Made by a program: the position numbers and the translations under genes. A model generated the notes under the pieces. The model was given only the letters and a program-made list of their open reading frames with translations, searched no databases and was not told the origin of the DNA. Positions 41,699 through 54,855 of a stretch of DNA of 64,000 nt are shown here, one piece after another; position 1 is the first letter of the stretch; every line of letters starts with the position of its first letter. The DNA is from Verrucomicrobiota bacterium (lineage in GTDB: Bacteria > Verrucomicrobiota > Verrucomicrobiia > Opitutales > JABDGR01), in the NCBI GenBank assembly GCA_013285985.1, contig JABDGR010000001.1, positions 67 to 64,066 of the forward strand, read 5' to 3'.

Positions 41699-41969
41699 GA
41701 AAAAAGAGGTTGATTACGCGGCGCTGTCGTCGCCGTTCATGCGCATCCCGCGCCTGCCGGTCGTCGTTGCACGCGACCTGATCGACCTTGGGCTGCGCGA
41801 TGTTTTCGAGCTGCAGGGCCGCGCGCCGGAAGTGCTGTTGGAGGAAATGCGCCGCCGAAAACCCACCACGCCCGACAGCCACCTGCCGTTTATTCGCCTC
41901 GCGGTTTATTTTGCGGAAAACCCGGATCCCGACCGCGAGAAATTATATCCGGATGCGTGGAGGGATTAA
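41682..41969 (+). CDS. Small helix-hairpin-helix protein (Cdd1 / 'pathogenicity locus'-like)
   Basis: The ATG at 41682 overlaps the upstream gene by 17 nt. 95 aa containing FMRIPRLPVVVARDLIDLGLRDVFELQGRAPEVLLEEM. The track ORF 41505..41969 is over-extended into the upstream gene. Confidence 0.55.
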   Translation: MPPPNKKKEVDYAALSSPFMRIPRLPVVVARDLIDLGLRDVFELQGRAPEVLLEEMRRRKPTTPDSHLPFIRLAVYFAENPDPDREKLYPDAWRD

Positions 41970-42121
41970 CTTGAGGTTCCAATTCGCGCCATGCGAGATA
42001 TGCCTACGGCAAGCGATGGCAAAATGTGGCTGGCGGGAAGCTGATTTTATTGATATTTATAAACTTGAGGTTTGGATCAGGGCCGTCGTCTTGATTTTTT
42101 TGAATTCATAGAGTTGACGCC

Positions 42122-43219
42122 ATGAAACGCTTGAAAGTTATCCAGTGGACCGGGCTGGCTTTTCTTGGCGGAATGGCGGTGGGTTACTATGGATTCTCGC
42201 GTTCGGTGAAGGAACCGGCCAAGGCCCATGCGACCACAGTCGTGATTCCGGCGACAGCCAAGACGGTATCGTCCACTGGCGAGGTGCCAAACCCGTGGGA
42301 CAGGACAAGTTCAGATGCGGAGCTACTGGGGCTGGCGCGCGTGATGCTCGCGCGCTCTTCGCAAGAAGCACTGGCCTGGGCGCAGTCTTGCGCAGACCCG
42401 GAGTTACGCCGACGGCTTGGCTTGGCCGTCGCGCAGGCTTGGGGGGAAAAGGATCCAACGGAGGCGGTGTCTTGGGCACTGGCCCAGAATGAAGAAAGCG
42501 TGCCCGCAGACCTCAAAGCGGTTTTGGCCGGCGCGATCCGCCAGCCGGTGGCGGTGGAAATCGGCCGTAACTTGTTGGCGCAAAACTCAGCCTATGCCGG
42601 CATGTATGGAACGGCCTTGGTGGCGGCGCTGGACACGGATGAACAGTTTTTGACGGCAGCACGGTTCGCCCAAGAAGCACCGGCGGATTACCGCGAAGAT
42701 TGGGCGGCGGCGGCGGCCCAGGCCTGGGCCAAGAGCCAACCACGCGAAGCGCTGACGGCCCTGGATACGCTCGTTGACGAGCCGTTGCGCGACCCGGTTT
42801 TTCGCGCCGTGGTGCAAGGCTGGCCCGCCACGCAACCCGCGGATTTGGCCACCTATGCGCTTTCCCTGCCGCCGGGTGAGCAACGCGCCTATGCGCTGGA
42901 CCAAGTCATGTACAAATGGGCGCGGCAGGATCCGGCCGGGCTGGCCGCGTGGCTGGCGAATGTTCCTTCAGGGCCAAATTACGACACGAGCACATTTTTT
43001 ATGGTCACGGAGGCCACGCCCGCCAGACTCGACCCCAGCGTGGCCCTGAACTGGGTGGAGAGCATTGGCGACCACGGCATCCGGCTCAATTCGTTCGCGC
43101 AAGTACTGGGGCAATGGGGGCAAACCGATCCGGTGGCGGCGCGGAACTACGTGCAACAGGCGCGCGGGCTGGAAACAAACGAACGGGCACAGTTGCTGCA
43201 AAGCATCCAGGCCCGGTAA
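42122..43219 (+). CDS. Membrane-anchored helical-repeat protein (W-x3-(D/Q)P-x2-A repeats), function unknown
   Basis: N-terminal TM (WTGLAFLGGMAVGYYGF) and five repeats: AQAWGEKDPTEAVSWAL, AQAWAKSQPREALTAL, VQGWPATQPADLATYAL, YKWARQDPAGLAAWLA, GQWGQTDPVAARNYV. Confidence 0.7.
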   Translation: MKRLKVIQWTGLAFLGGMAVGYYGFSRSVKEPAKAHATTVVIPATAKTVSSTGEVPNPWDRTSSDAELLGLARVMLARSSQEALAWAQSCADPELRRRLGLAVAQAWGEKDPTEAVSWALAQNEESVPADLKAVLAGAIRQPVAVEIGRNLLAQNSAYAGMYGTALVAALDTDEQFLTAARFAQEAPADYREDWAAAAAQAWAKSQPREALTALDTLVDEPLRDPVFRAVVQGWPATQPADLATYALSLPPGEQRAYALDQVMYKWARQDPAGLAAWLANVPSGPNYDTSTFFMVTEATPARLDPSVALNWVESIGDHGIRLNSFAQVLGQWGQTDPVAARNYVQQARGLETNERAQLLQSIQAR

Positions 43220-43240
43220 GCGGCGGCATCGGGCATGGTA

Positions 43241-43280
43241 ACAAAAACAAACCCGACCCCGGGATGGCCGGGATCGGGTT
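43241..43280 (-). terminator. Rho-independent terminator candidate for the pectate lyase gene (hairpin shared by the convergent gene pair)
   Basis: The hairpin spans 43250-43280: AACCCGACCCCGG-gatg-GCCGGGATCGGGTT, with one mismatch. On the minus strand it is followed by TTTGTTTTTGT. Confidence 0.55.
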
Positions 43281-43321
43281 GTGTGGAAGAATAATATTTC
43301 CCGGAGCCAGCCAGCCATTCA

Positions 43322-44521
43322 CTAAGGAATGGTGCCGTAACCGCCGTTGCTCAGGCCGGTTTGAGTCTGGCTGGTGTAGAGCCCGGTGCCGGGGCCATCG
43401 GTGCCGCTGCCGGTGCCGGTGGTGCCATGGCCGAGCTTCTGGACCTGGCTGATGACGAGCAGGTCGAGCTGGTCATGGGGCAGGTCGCCCGCGTTGGCCA
43501 GGACATAGGTGTAAGCCTGGGCCGCGGTCATCGTCGTGAGGGAGTTGGTGGTGGAAGCCCAGGGAGAGGTGAGAACGGTTACGCCAGTCGGATTGACGGT
43601 GGAACCATTCAGCGTGCCGTCATTGTTGCTATCGAGCAGGTTGCCGTTGGAATACACGGATTGACCGATATTCATCTGGAAGAAACAATCGCTCGGGGTG
43701 GTGGTGGCGGGTCCGGTGATGAAGTAATTGTTCACGATGTCGTGGGAGAAGATCCCGCCGGTATTGGCGACCGTGTAGCCGAGTTCGTAATTATAGATGA
43801 CGTTCTGAATGTATTGGTCGTTGTCCTTGGCGAGCGGCTGGCGGTTGTGGCAACTCACCCAGAGGTTATTGATGAACGTGAAGTTGCTGCCTTCGACGTG
43901 GGCGCCAAATTGCTGATTGATGGGATCGGCGATGATGCAGTTTTGCACGGTGACGTTCGAGCAAGTCACGGCGTCAAAGCTGTCCCACTGGCCGAACTCC
44001 AGCGAGCAATGATCAAAGATCATGTTGCTGCCGCCACCGATGTTGACGGCGCTTTCACCACTGTCACCGAGAGTGCCCTGACGAAAGCGCATGAAGCGGC
44101 AGATGATGTTGCTGTGTTTGGAAAACGACACTTCGGCGCCCTCGATACCGATGCCCGTTCCCGAGGACGTGTTGCCGAGGATGGTGAGGTTGCTGCTGCA
44201 GCTTACGGCCGAGGCGAGCTTGATGTAACCGTGGACGCTGAACTGGACGATGCGGTTGCCGGCGCTGACGGCATCACGGAAGGAGCCCGTGCCGCTGTCG
44301 TTCAGGTTGGTAACGGTATAAACGGTGCCGCCGGTGCCACCCGTGGCGTTGGCCCCAAAGCCCATGGCGCCGGGGAAAGCCAGCGCATGCAAGGGACAAC
44401 TGCCGAAGGCCGCGAAGACAAACAGGCCGCAGAAACTGAGCGCAACCAAGCGAAACGCCGAAGCGAAACGCGACGAGAAACCTGCGATAAACGCAGAGAG
44501 CGAACCAAGGATGGTGTTCAT
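43322..44521 (-). CDS. Pectate lyase (PL1-like), secreted
   Basis: Signal-like N-terminus, then AFPGAMGFGANATGGTGGTVYTVTNLNDSGTGSFRDAV, the typical PL1 pectate-lyase N-terminal box. Parallel beta-helix-like N/G/S-rich body with an HNRQP segment. Confidence 0.8.
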   Translation of the reverse strand: MNTILGSLSAFIAGFSSRFASAFRLVALSFCGLFVFAAFGSCPLHALAFPGAMGFGANATGGTGGTVYTVTNLNDSGTGSFRDAVSAGNRIVQFSVHGYIKLASAVSCSSNLTILGNTSSGTGIGIEGAEVSFSKHSNIICRFMRFRQGTLGDSGESAVNIGGGSNMIFDHCSLEFGQWDSFDAVTCSNVTVQNCIIADPINQQFGAHVEGSNFTFINNLWVSCHNRQPLAKDNDQYIQNVIYNYELGYTVANTGGIFSHDIVNNYFITGPATTTPSDCFFQMNIGQSVYSNGNLLDSNNDGTLNGSTVNPTGVTVLTSPWASTTNSLTTMTAAQAYTYVLANAGDLPHDQLDLLVISQVQKLGHGTTGTGSGTDGPGTGLYTSQTQTGLSNGGYGTIP

Positions 44522-44883
44522 AGGGATTGGGTTTAAGCAGGGAAAGCCGGCAGAAAAAACCGGCTGCCCAACGGCCCGTGTCTTAAGTGACGGCTGGATG
44601 AACTTGCAATAGGAAAAACTATGTATGGAAAATACTAAGTAGTTTTACCCGGTTGGAAAATTTCTCCCGGGAAAATGAGGGTTCTTTGCCGACGGGCCGT
44701 TTGCGTTTTCGCCGATCTTTGGGCTTAACTCCCCTTAAAAAAATATCGGCGCAACTAAAAGCATGGCCAAAGTGTTGTCGGCAAATGAAGCCTTTACTCT
44801 GGCCGGCTCATCCTCATGTAACAGATAACTGGGCTTAATCCCTTAGCATCCGCCGAGTACACCGCAGACTAAAAAACGGCAAC

Positions 44884-44973
44884 GACCTGCCTTTTATTCG
44901 CCTTGCGGTTTATTTTGCCGAAAACCCCGACCCTGACCGCGAGAAACTATATCCCGACGCCTGGCGGGATTAG
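44884..44973 (+). pseudogene. Orphan 3' fragment (last 29 codons + stop) of a second HhH/Cdd1-like gene
   Basis: Translates to DLPFIRLAVYFAENPDPDREKLYPDAWRD*. The last 28 residues are identical to the C-terminus of 41682..41969, yet 11 codons differ synonymously. There is an in-frame TAA at 44836-44838 and no ATG, GTG or TTG codon between that stop and the fragment. Confidence 0.8.
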
Positions 44974-46028
44974 CGCGGCTGCTGCTGGCTGAGGCAGTGG
45001 AGTGCGCCGCCTTCGAGCAAAACATCCGAGCAATCGAGCGGCACGATTTCGTGGCCGGGGAAACATTCGTGCAGCGCGTGCGCGGCGAACGCGTCGGTCG
45101 GGCGGTTGTAGGAAGGCATCAAGATCGCGCCGTTGGTGACGACGTAATTGGCGTAGCTCGCGGGCAGCTCGTGCCCGTCCACCTCGACCGGGGGAAAAGG
45201 CACGGGCAGCTCGGCAATTTCAAAGCGGCCGCCCGAGGGCGTGCGGAAATTTTCCTCGAGGGCGAAACGGTTGTGGCGGAGGATTTTGGCGGCTTCGTCC
45301 TGCGCGCCGACGGGCGGCATGACGGTGATGATGCCGTCGTCGCGGAAAAACCGCGTGAGGTTGTCGATGTGGCCGTCGGTGTCGTCGTTGGGCAGGCCTT
45401 CCTGCAGCCAGAGGATTTCCGTCACGCCGAGGCCGCCGGAGAGCAGGCGCGTGTAATCGTCCTTGGTGAGTTCCGGATTGCGGTTCGGGTTGAGGAGGAC
45501 GACCTCGGTGGTCAAGAGCTGGCCGGGGCCGTTGATTTCAATCGCGCCGCCTTCGAGAATGATATCCCCCGAGAAACAGCGCATATTCAGGCTCTCCGCG
45601 ATGCTCGAAGGAATGGCGTCGTCGAGGTCCCAGGGCGAAAACTTTCCGCCCCAGGCGTTGAAGCGCCAACTGGTGACGGCGACTTCGCCAGTCTGGTCGT
45701 TCTTGATGAAGAGCGGGCCGTGGTCGCGGCACCAGACGTCGTTGACCGGATGGTCGAATAATTCTATCACAGAAAGGTCGGTGCGGGCGTCGTTGAGCAG
45801 GCGGCGGATTTCGGCGTGCTGCGCGGCGGAGGCATTGATGCGCACGGGGACGAAGCGGCTGAGCGTGGCGGCATAGTTGGCAAAAAACGGCGGAATGCGC
45901 TCAAAGCGCCCCGGCCACAAATCCGGATTACTCGGCCAAGAAAGCCACATCGCAGCCTGCGGCGCCCATTCCGGCGGCAGGCGAAAGCCGAGCGCGGCGG
46001 GGGTTGGTGCGGGAAAGTCTTTGGTCAC
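44970..46028 (-). CDS. aguA: Agmatine deiminase family protein (PAD_porph type)
   Basis: GFRLPPEWAPQ...WLSWP N-terminal box and C-terminal EGGALHCLSQQQP (catalytic Cys context). GTG start at 46028. Confidence 0.8.
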   Translation of the reverse strand: MTKDFPAPTPAALGFRLPPEWAPQAAMWLSWPSNPDLWPGRFERIPPFFANYAATLSRFVPVRINASAAQHAEIRRLLNDARTDLSVIELFDHPVNDVWCRDHGPLFIKNDQTGEVAVTSWRFNAWGGKFSPWDLDDAIPSSIAESLNMRCFSGDIILEGGAIEINGPGQLLTTEVVLLNPNRNPELTKDDYTRLLSGGLGVTEILWLQEGLPNDDTDGHIDNLTRFFRDDGIITVMPPVGAQDEAAKILRHNRFALEENFRTPSGGRFEIAELPVPFPPVEVDGHELPASYANYVVTNGAILMPSYNRPTDAFAAHALHECFPGHEIVPLDCSDVLLEGGALHCLSQQQPR

Positions 46029-46139
46029 AGGCTGGCCAGTTTGGCAGATTTTCCGGAAATGTCCACTGTTGGGTGTTTCAGATAATAGTGAGTCCGTTTG
46101 AAATTAAGCAGGATTATGGGTATTGGCAAACCCCCCAAG

Positions 46140-46766
46140 CTAGTCGCCGAAACGTTTCACATACCATTTGCCGTCGATTTTGATAAAAGTTAGAGGAATT
46201 TGCGTTTCACCGACAGCAATTCCCTCGTTGCTGAGTTTTGGCGCTGGGAGCATATAAGTCGCTTCATCGCCACTAGTGTTAAAAGTCGGGGTCTGGGTTT
46301 CGAGCCTCTCGTAAGCCTGCGCCCCAGTTTCTCGGGACTGAATGGACGGTGTGACAATTTTGTCGGCGGTACGGTTTTGAGAAGTTTGCAGTTCTTGCAA
46401 ATGCACTGGGTCAAATTGTGCCGGCTCTGTGTAAATTCGATATAATTCCGCCATATCGCCCGCCCGGTATAAACGCGCGATGTCTGGAATCACGGTTTTT
46501 AAATCGGTCTGGGGGTCGGCGGGATCGGGTGGAGTCTCCGTGGGTTTGGATGGTGCGTTGGCGATTTCAGACTTGGACTGAACGGACGGTGCCAAAAATT
46601 TAGCTATTTGAGGCGGCGCGATTGTTTTGGGCGCTTTGGCCTTGGCGGGGGCTGTCGCATCGGCCGTTTTTTCCGGGGTGGACGTGGTTTGCTGCATGAA
46701 CCACCAAACGCCGACAATCACGATGGCGATGAGGAAAACAATCCGGATGAAGTTTTTAGGCTTCAT
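46140..46766 (-). CDS. Stand-alone membrane-anchored NGxWY-domain protein (paralog C)
   Basis: The ATG at 46766 gives MKPKNFIRIVFLIAIVIVGVWWFMQQ, then a linker, ADPQTDLKTVIPDIARL, QTPTFNTSGDEATYML and FIKIDGKWYVK. The track start at 46952 translates the upstream repeat. Confidence 0.85.
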   Translation of the reverse strand: MKPKNFIRIVFLIAIVIVGVWWFMQQTTSTPEKTADATAPAKAKAPKTIAPPQIAKFLAPSVQSKSEIANAPSKPTETPPDPADPQTDLKTVIPDIARLYRAGDMAELYRIYTEPAQFDPVHLQELQTSQNRTADKIVTPSIQSRETGAQAYERLETQTPTFNTSGDEATYMLPAPKLSNEGIAVGETQIPLTFIKIDGKWYVKRFGD

Positions 46767-46850
46767 GCGAGTTTTATTCACATTTTTTATCCGATGACGC
46801 AAACCATTCTGCGTGGGGACGGTGATGCATTTGGAAGATGGGTTTATTGT

Positions 46851-47068
46851 TTCGCCCTGCATGGGCGAAGGAGTCCAGCCCAGGGTTGAACGCAGAGAAA
46901 CCCTGGGGGTTCGTGAATTAAACATTTTGCGCTCTGAAGGGCGCAGGAACATGGCTCTACTCTCCTCCGCCCCTTCAGGGCGGGAGATAATATGTTCCTG
47001 TCACCCAGGGTTTCCCCCGCTTACGCGGGGTCAACCCTGGGCTTTGTTCCTGCAGCCTTTCAGGCTGC
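46851..47068. repeat. ~215-bp composite of GC-rich hairpins, copy 2 (homologous to 33104-33317)
   Basis: Same hairpin order as copy 1. Stems are conserved while loops and interiors differ (e.g. GCGCTCTGAAGGGCGC versus GCGCCCTGTAGGGGCGC). Confidence 0.8.
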
Positions 47069-47144
47069 TGAATTAACTTCAATTTAACCTGTTTCCGTCC
47101 ACCCCGCCTTGTGTTTTGGTTTAAAACTCCTACGCTGGGTGGCG

Positions 47145-48332
47145 ATGCAATTTTCGACGCGGGTGCCGGCGGCTTTGGAGGACAATGCCCTGGCGCGGGC
47201 GGTGGCGGCGCGGCGCGCAGCCAAGAAAACCATTTATGACCTGACGCTGACCAACCCCACGCAGGCGGGCCTGGATTATCCGACAGCAGAAATCGCCGCG
47301 GCGCTGGCGGAGGGCGCGGCGGCGCCCTACTCTCCCGAGCCGCTCGGGTTGCTCTCCGCCCGCAAAGCCGTCGCCGCTTATTATCCCGGCTGCGGGCTCG
47401 ATGCCGTGGATTGGACGTGTTTACACCTGACCGCGAGCACGAGCGAGGCGTACAGCCTGCTCTTCAAGCTCCTCGGCGAGCCGGGCGTGGAAATCCTGGC
47501 GCCGCGACCGTCGTACCCGCTCATCGAGCACCTGGCGGCGCTCGACGGCTGGAGCGCCCGACCCTATCCGCTAGTTCCAGATCACACGGGAGTCTGGCAC
47601 CTGGACCAGGCCGCCCTCGTGGCCGCAATCACCCCTGCGACGCGCGCCATCGCCGTCATCCACCCGCACAATCCCACGGGCTGGATAGCCAATGGCGCAG
47701 ACACGCATTTTCTTTTGGACACCTGCGCCCGGCACGGCCTGCCACTGATCGCGGATGAAGTTTTCCTGGATTACCCTGCAGTCGGGAACAAAACTTGCGC
47801 GGAGTCTTTCGCCTCCCATAAAAGTTCGGCGCTCACCTTCACGCTGGGCGGCCTCTCCAAAAGCTGCGGGCTGCCGCAGCTCAAACTGGCGTGGATCCAC
47901 ACCGGCGGGCCGGCGGAACTTGTCGCCGAGGCGCAAGCGCGGCTCGACTTCATCGCCGACGCCTATTTGTCCGCCAATACGCCGGTGCAGGCGGCGCTGC
48001 CGAAGCTTTTTGAATGCGGCAAAAAAATCCGCGGGCAAATCCAAAGACGCCTCGAGGAAAATTACGCAGTGCTGGCGGGGCTCACCTGGCCCAAGGGCCT
48101 GGCGGTGATGCCGCGCGAGGCCGGCTGGAGCGCGCTGCTGCGCCGGCCGGCGGCGCCCGATGAGGAGAAACTCGCGCTGAAACTGCTGGAGCGGGCGGGA
48201 GTGCTCGCCCACCCGGGATATTTTTTTGATTTTCCCGAAAGCGGCTGGCACGTGATCAGCCTGTTACCAGAGCCCAAAGAATTTCGCGTCGGCGTAGAGG
48301 GATTGCGCGAGTGGCTGCCGAAACTGGTTTAG
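47145..48332 (+). CDS. PLP-dependent aminotransferase (class I/II)
   Basis: HPHNPTGW (the NPTG box) and LGGLSKSCGLPQLKLAW (PLP-lysine context). ATG at 47145 (MQFSTRVPAALE); the track start at 47109 is longer. Confidence 0.8.
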   Translation: MQFSTRVPAALEDNALARAVAARRAAKKTIYDLTLTNPTQAGLDYPTAEIAAALAEGAAAPYSPEPLGLLSARKAVAAYYPGCGLDAVDWTCLHLTASTSEAYSLLFKLLGEPGVEILAPRPSYPLIEHLAALDGWSARPYPLVPDHTGVWHLDQAALVAAITPATRAIAVIHPHNPTGWIANGADTHFLLDTCARHGLPLIADEVFLDYPAVGNKTCAESFASHKSSALTFTLGGLSKSCGLPQLKLAWIHTGGPAELVAEAQARLDFIADAYLSANTPVQAALPKLFECGKKIRGQIQRRLEENYAVLAGLTWPKGLAVMPREAGWSALLRRPAAPDEEKLALKLLERAGVLAHPGYFFDFPESGWHVISLLPEPKEFRVGVEGLREWLPKLV

Positions 48333-48344
48333 GCGCCTTCGACG

Positions 48345-52656
<4,312 letters not shown>

Positions 52657-52691
52657 GGGGCAAAACACCGACCCGGGCGCGTCTCGCAAGT

Positions 52692-53987
52692 TTATAATCT
52701 ATCCTGCAACACGCCTTCGCCGGCGGGGGTGGCATGGCTGAAGCGCTCGAGAATTTCGCCGAGCAAATAAATTGAGCCGGTGACGACAAAGGTGTCGCCG
52801 GGATTGCCAAGGGCGCACTCGCCGGGGATGGGGAAAATTTTCCCGACCAGGCCGGGGCGCACCGGGCCGCGAAAGGAGGCGGGAACAAGCTTTTGCAATT
52901 CCTCGACCGTCGAGGCGCGGGGTTGGTGGGGTTGGAGCAAAATAATTTCCCGCGCGTGTTTTGCGGCGACGTCGAGCAAGGCGCGCGCGCGGTGCTCGCC
53001 CAGCGCGCCAACGAGGATGATGGGCGCGCGGCCGGTTTCCGCGTGCAAGCGGGCAAGATTTTCGTCGAGCGTCTGCGCGCCTTCGAGATTGTGGGAGGCG
53101 TCGAGGATGAGCGTGCGGCCATGGGATAAAGGAAATTTCTCCCAGCGCGCGGACCACTGCACCTCCGCGAGCGCAGCAGCGCGGGCTTCGTCAGAAACCG
53201 GCAGAGTATTTTGCAGCACTTGCGCGGCGAGCGTGGCGGTGGCGGCGTTGATGCGCTGGTGCGAGCCGGCAAGCCGCGTCTGCGGGTATTTTTCCAAATC
53301 GTCGCCAAAAACCTCGCACACACTGTGCACTGGCGCGCCACGGCCCTCGGCAAGGGTGCGGATGGTGTCCTCGGCCTCCTCCGGCAAGCGGCCAATCACA
53401 ACCGGGACGCCGCGCTTGATGATGCCGGCCTTTTCGGCGGCGATTTCCATCAGCGTTTCGCCCAGAAACTCCGTGTGGTCGAGGCCAATCGAGGTGATGA
53501 CGGATAATTGCGGCTGCACGACATTCGTGGCGTCGAGCCGGCCGCCGAGCCCGACCTCGATGAGGGCGAGGTCCACCTTCTTGCGGGCGAAGTGGAGAAA
53601 TGCTACGGCAGTCATAAATTCGAAAAAAGACGGATGGTCGTCGGGGTCGCGTTCGCCCTGGGCTTCGACGTGCGGGCGCAATTCCCCGACATAGGCGCAA
53701 ATCTCATCGGGAGTCAGCGGCACGCGGTTGACCTGCACGCGCTCGCCGAGAAAAACGAGATGCGGCGAGGTGTACATACCCACGGTGCGGCCCGTGCGCC
53801 GGTGCATGGCCTCGAGCATCGCGCAGACGGAGCCTTTGCCGTTGGTGCCCGCAACGTGGATGACTGGGTAGGTGCGCTCGGGATGTTCGAGCCGCGCGGC
53901 GAAGAGCCGCATGCGGTCAATGCCGTACTTTGGCCCGATTTTTTGTTTGAGGCCGAAGAGATAGTCCTTGGTCGCGGAATAGTCCAT
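52692..53987 (-). CDS. folC: Folylpolyglutamate synthase / dihydrofolate synthase
   Basis: The ATG at 53987 gives MDYSATKDYLFGL..., with the HVAGTNGKGS P-loop of Mur-ligase-type FolC. The track ORF to 54335 runs through the divergent promoter region. Confidence 0.9.
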   Translation of the reverse strand: MDYSATKDYLFGLKQKIGPKYGIDRMRLFAARLEHPERTYPVIHVAGTNGKGSVCAMLEAMHRRTGRTVGMYTSPHLVFLGERVQVNRVPLTPDEICAYVGELRPHVEAQGERDPDDHPSFFEFMTAVAFLHFARKKVDLALIEVGLGGRLDATNVVQPQLSVITSIGLDHTEFLGETLMEIAAEKAGIIKRGVPVVIGRLPEEAEDTIRTLAEGRGAPVHSVCEVFGDDLEKYPQTRLAGSHQRINAATATLAAQVLQNTLPVSDEARAAALAEVQWSARWEKFPLSHGRTLILDASHNLEGAQTLDENLARLHAETGRAPIILVGALGEHRARALLDVAAKHAREIILLQPHQPRASTVEELQKLVPASFRGPVRPGLVGKIFPIPGECALGNPGDTFVVTGSIYLLGEILERFSHATPAGEGVLQDRL

Positions 53988-54078
53988 GAAACAGGCAGCA
54001 GGGAAAGGCCAGGAAGGTAGAGGGAGAAACGGCCCGGTGAAAGCGGGAAAATGCCGAAGCGCCGATTTTCCGTAACTT

Positions 54079-54128
54079 TTGACGAGAAATGCCCAATTAA
54101 GGTATAATGGCATTCTTGCCGATCGGCA
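54079..54128 (+). promoter_or_regulatory. Sigma-70-like promoter plus palindromic operator candidate upstream of S1
   Basis: TTGACG (54079-54084), 18 nt, TATAAT (54103-54108), then the perfect 12-bp palindrome TGCCGATCGGCA (54117-54128), which ends 18 nt before the ATG. A degraded copy lies upstream of S2: TTGACG 54787-54792, TGTTGT instead of TATAAT, TGCCGATTGGCA 54825-54836. Confidence 0.55.
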
Positions 54129-54146
54129 CTCCTGAATAACCTCCAA

Positions 54147-54734
54147 ATGAAAACTCGCATTCTGGCCGTCACCCTCGTCTGCGCGGCCGCCGGGATACTG
54201 GCGTGGTTTTTTTATCCGGCATCGCCCGCGTCGGCGGCGAAGCCCGCCGAAGCCATAACCCTCGCGAAGATTGAAGCATCCAAGCCCGCCGCGCCCCTGT
54301 CCACACCGGTCGCGCCCAAGACCGCATCTGCACAACCGCAGACAGCACCGACAGCAACGGCGGTGGATAATCCAACGGGTGACCCGCGCGGTGATCCCAC
54401 CTCAGCCGTATCCGAGGCCGCGCGCCTTCTGCAAATACGAGATTATGCCGACTTTGTCAGAGAGTTTGTTCCACCCGACAGCTTGCAAAATGACTTGGAT
54501 CGGGGCATGACGGTCAATCAACTCGTGCAAGAGTTTGAAAAGGGTTTCAACGGAGACGGCAAAAATCCCAGTCAGGCCCATCTATTGGAGGTTTTGCAGA
54601 TACTGCAGGGGCGAACGCCTACTTTGGATGCCAAGGGTGAACAGGCGACTTTTACGCTTGATCCACCGGTGGCGGGCTGGGGCGGGGTTAATTTGGTCAA
54701 AATCAATGGACTTTGGTATTTTCCGTATGAATAA
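54147..54734 (+). CDS. Stand-alone membrane-anchored NGxWY-domain protein S1
   Basis: MKTRILAVTLVCAAAGILAWFFYP (TM), an AP-rich linker, FVPPDSL, RTPTLDAKGEQATFTL and LVKINGLWYFPYE. Confidence 0.85.
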   Translation: MKTRILAVTLVCAAAGILAWFFYPASPASAAKPAEAITLAKIEASKPAAPLSTPVAPKTASAQPQTAPTATAVDNPTGDPRGDPTSAVSEAARLLQIRDYADFVREFVPPDSLQNDLDRGMTVNQLVQEFEKGFNGDGKNPSQAHLLEVLQILQGRTPTLDAKGEQATFTLDPPVAGWGGVNLVKINGLWYFPYE

Positions 54735-54855
54735 GCGCTGATATTCAACCGCCCACCCACCCTCGAATCCCGATTTTTAGTAACTTTTGACGAGAAATGC
54801 CCAATTAATGTGTTGTGGCAATTCTGCCGATTGGCACTCTTGCATCACCCCCTAA

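Noticed and set aside
44653-44838. 61-aa ORF in the same frame as the HhH fragment
   Set aside because: It is separated from the fragment by an in-frame TAA and has no similarity to the HhH protein, so it is probably non-coding cargo DNA.
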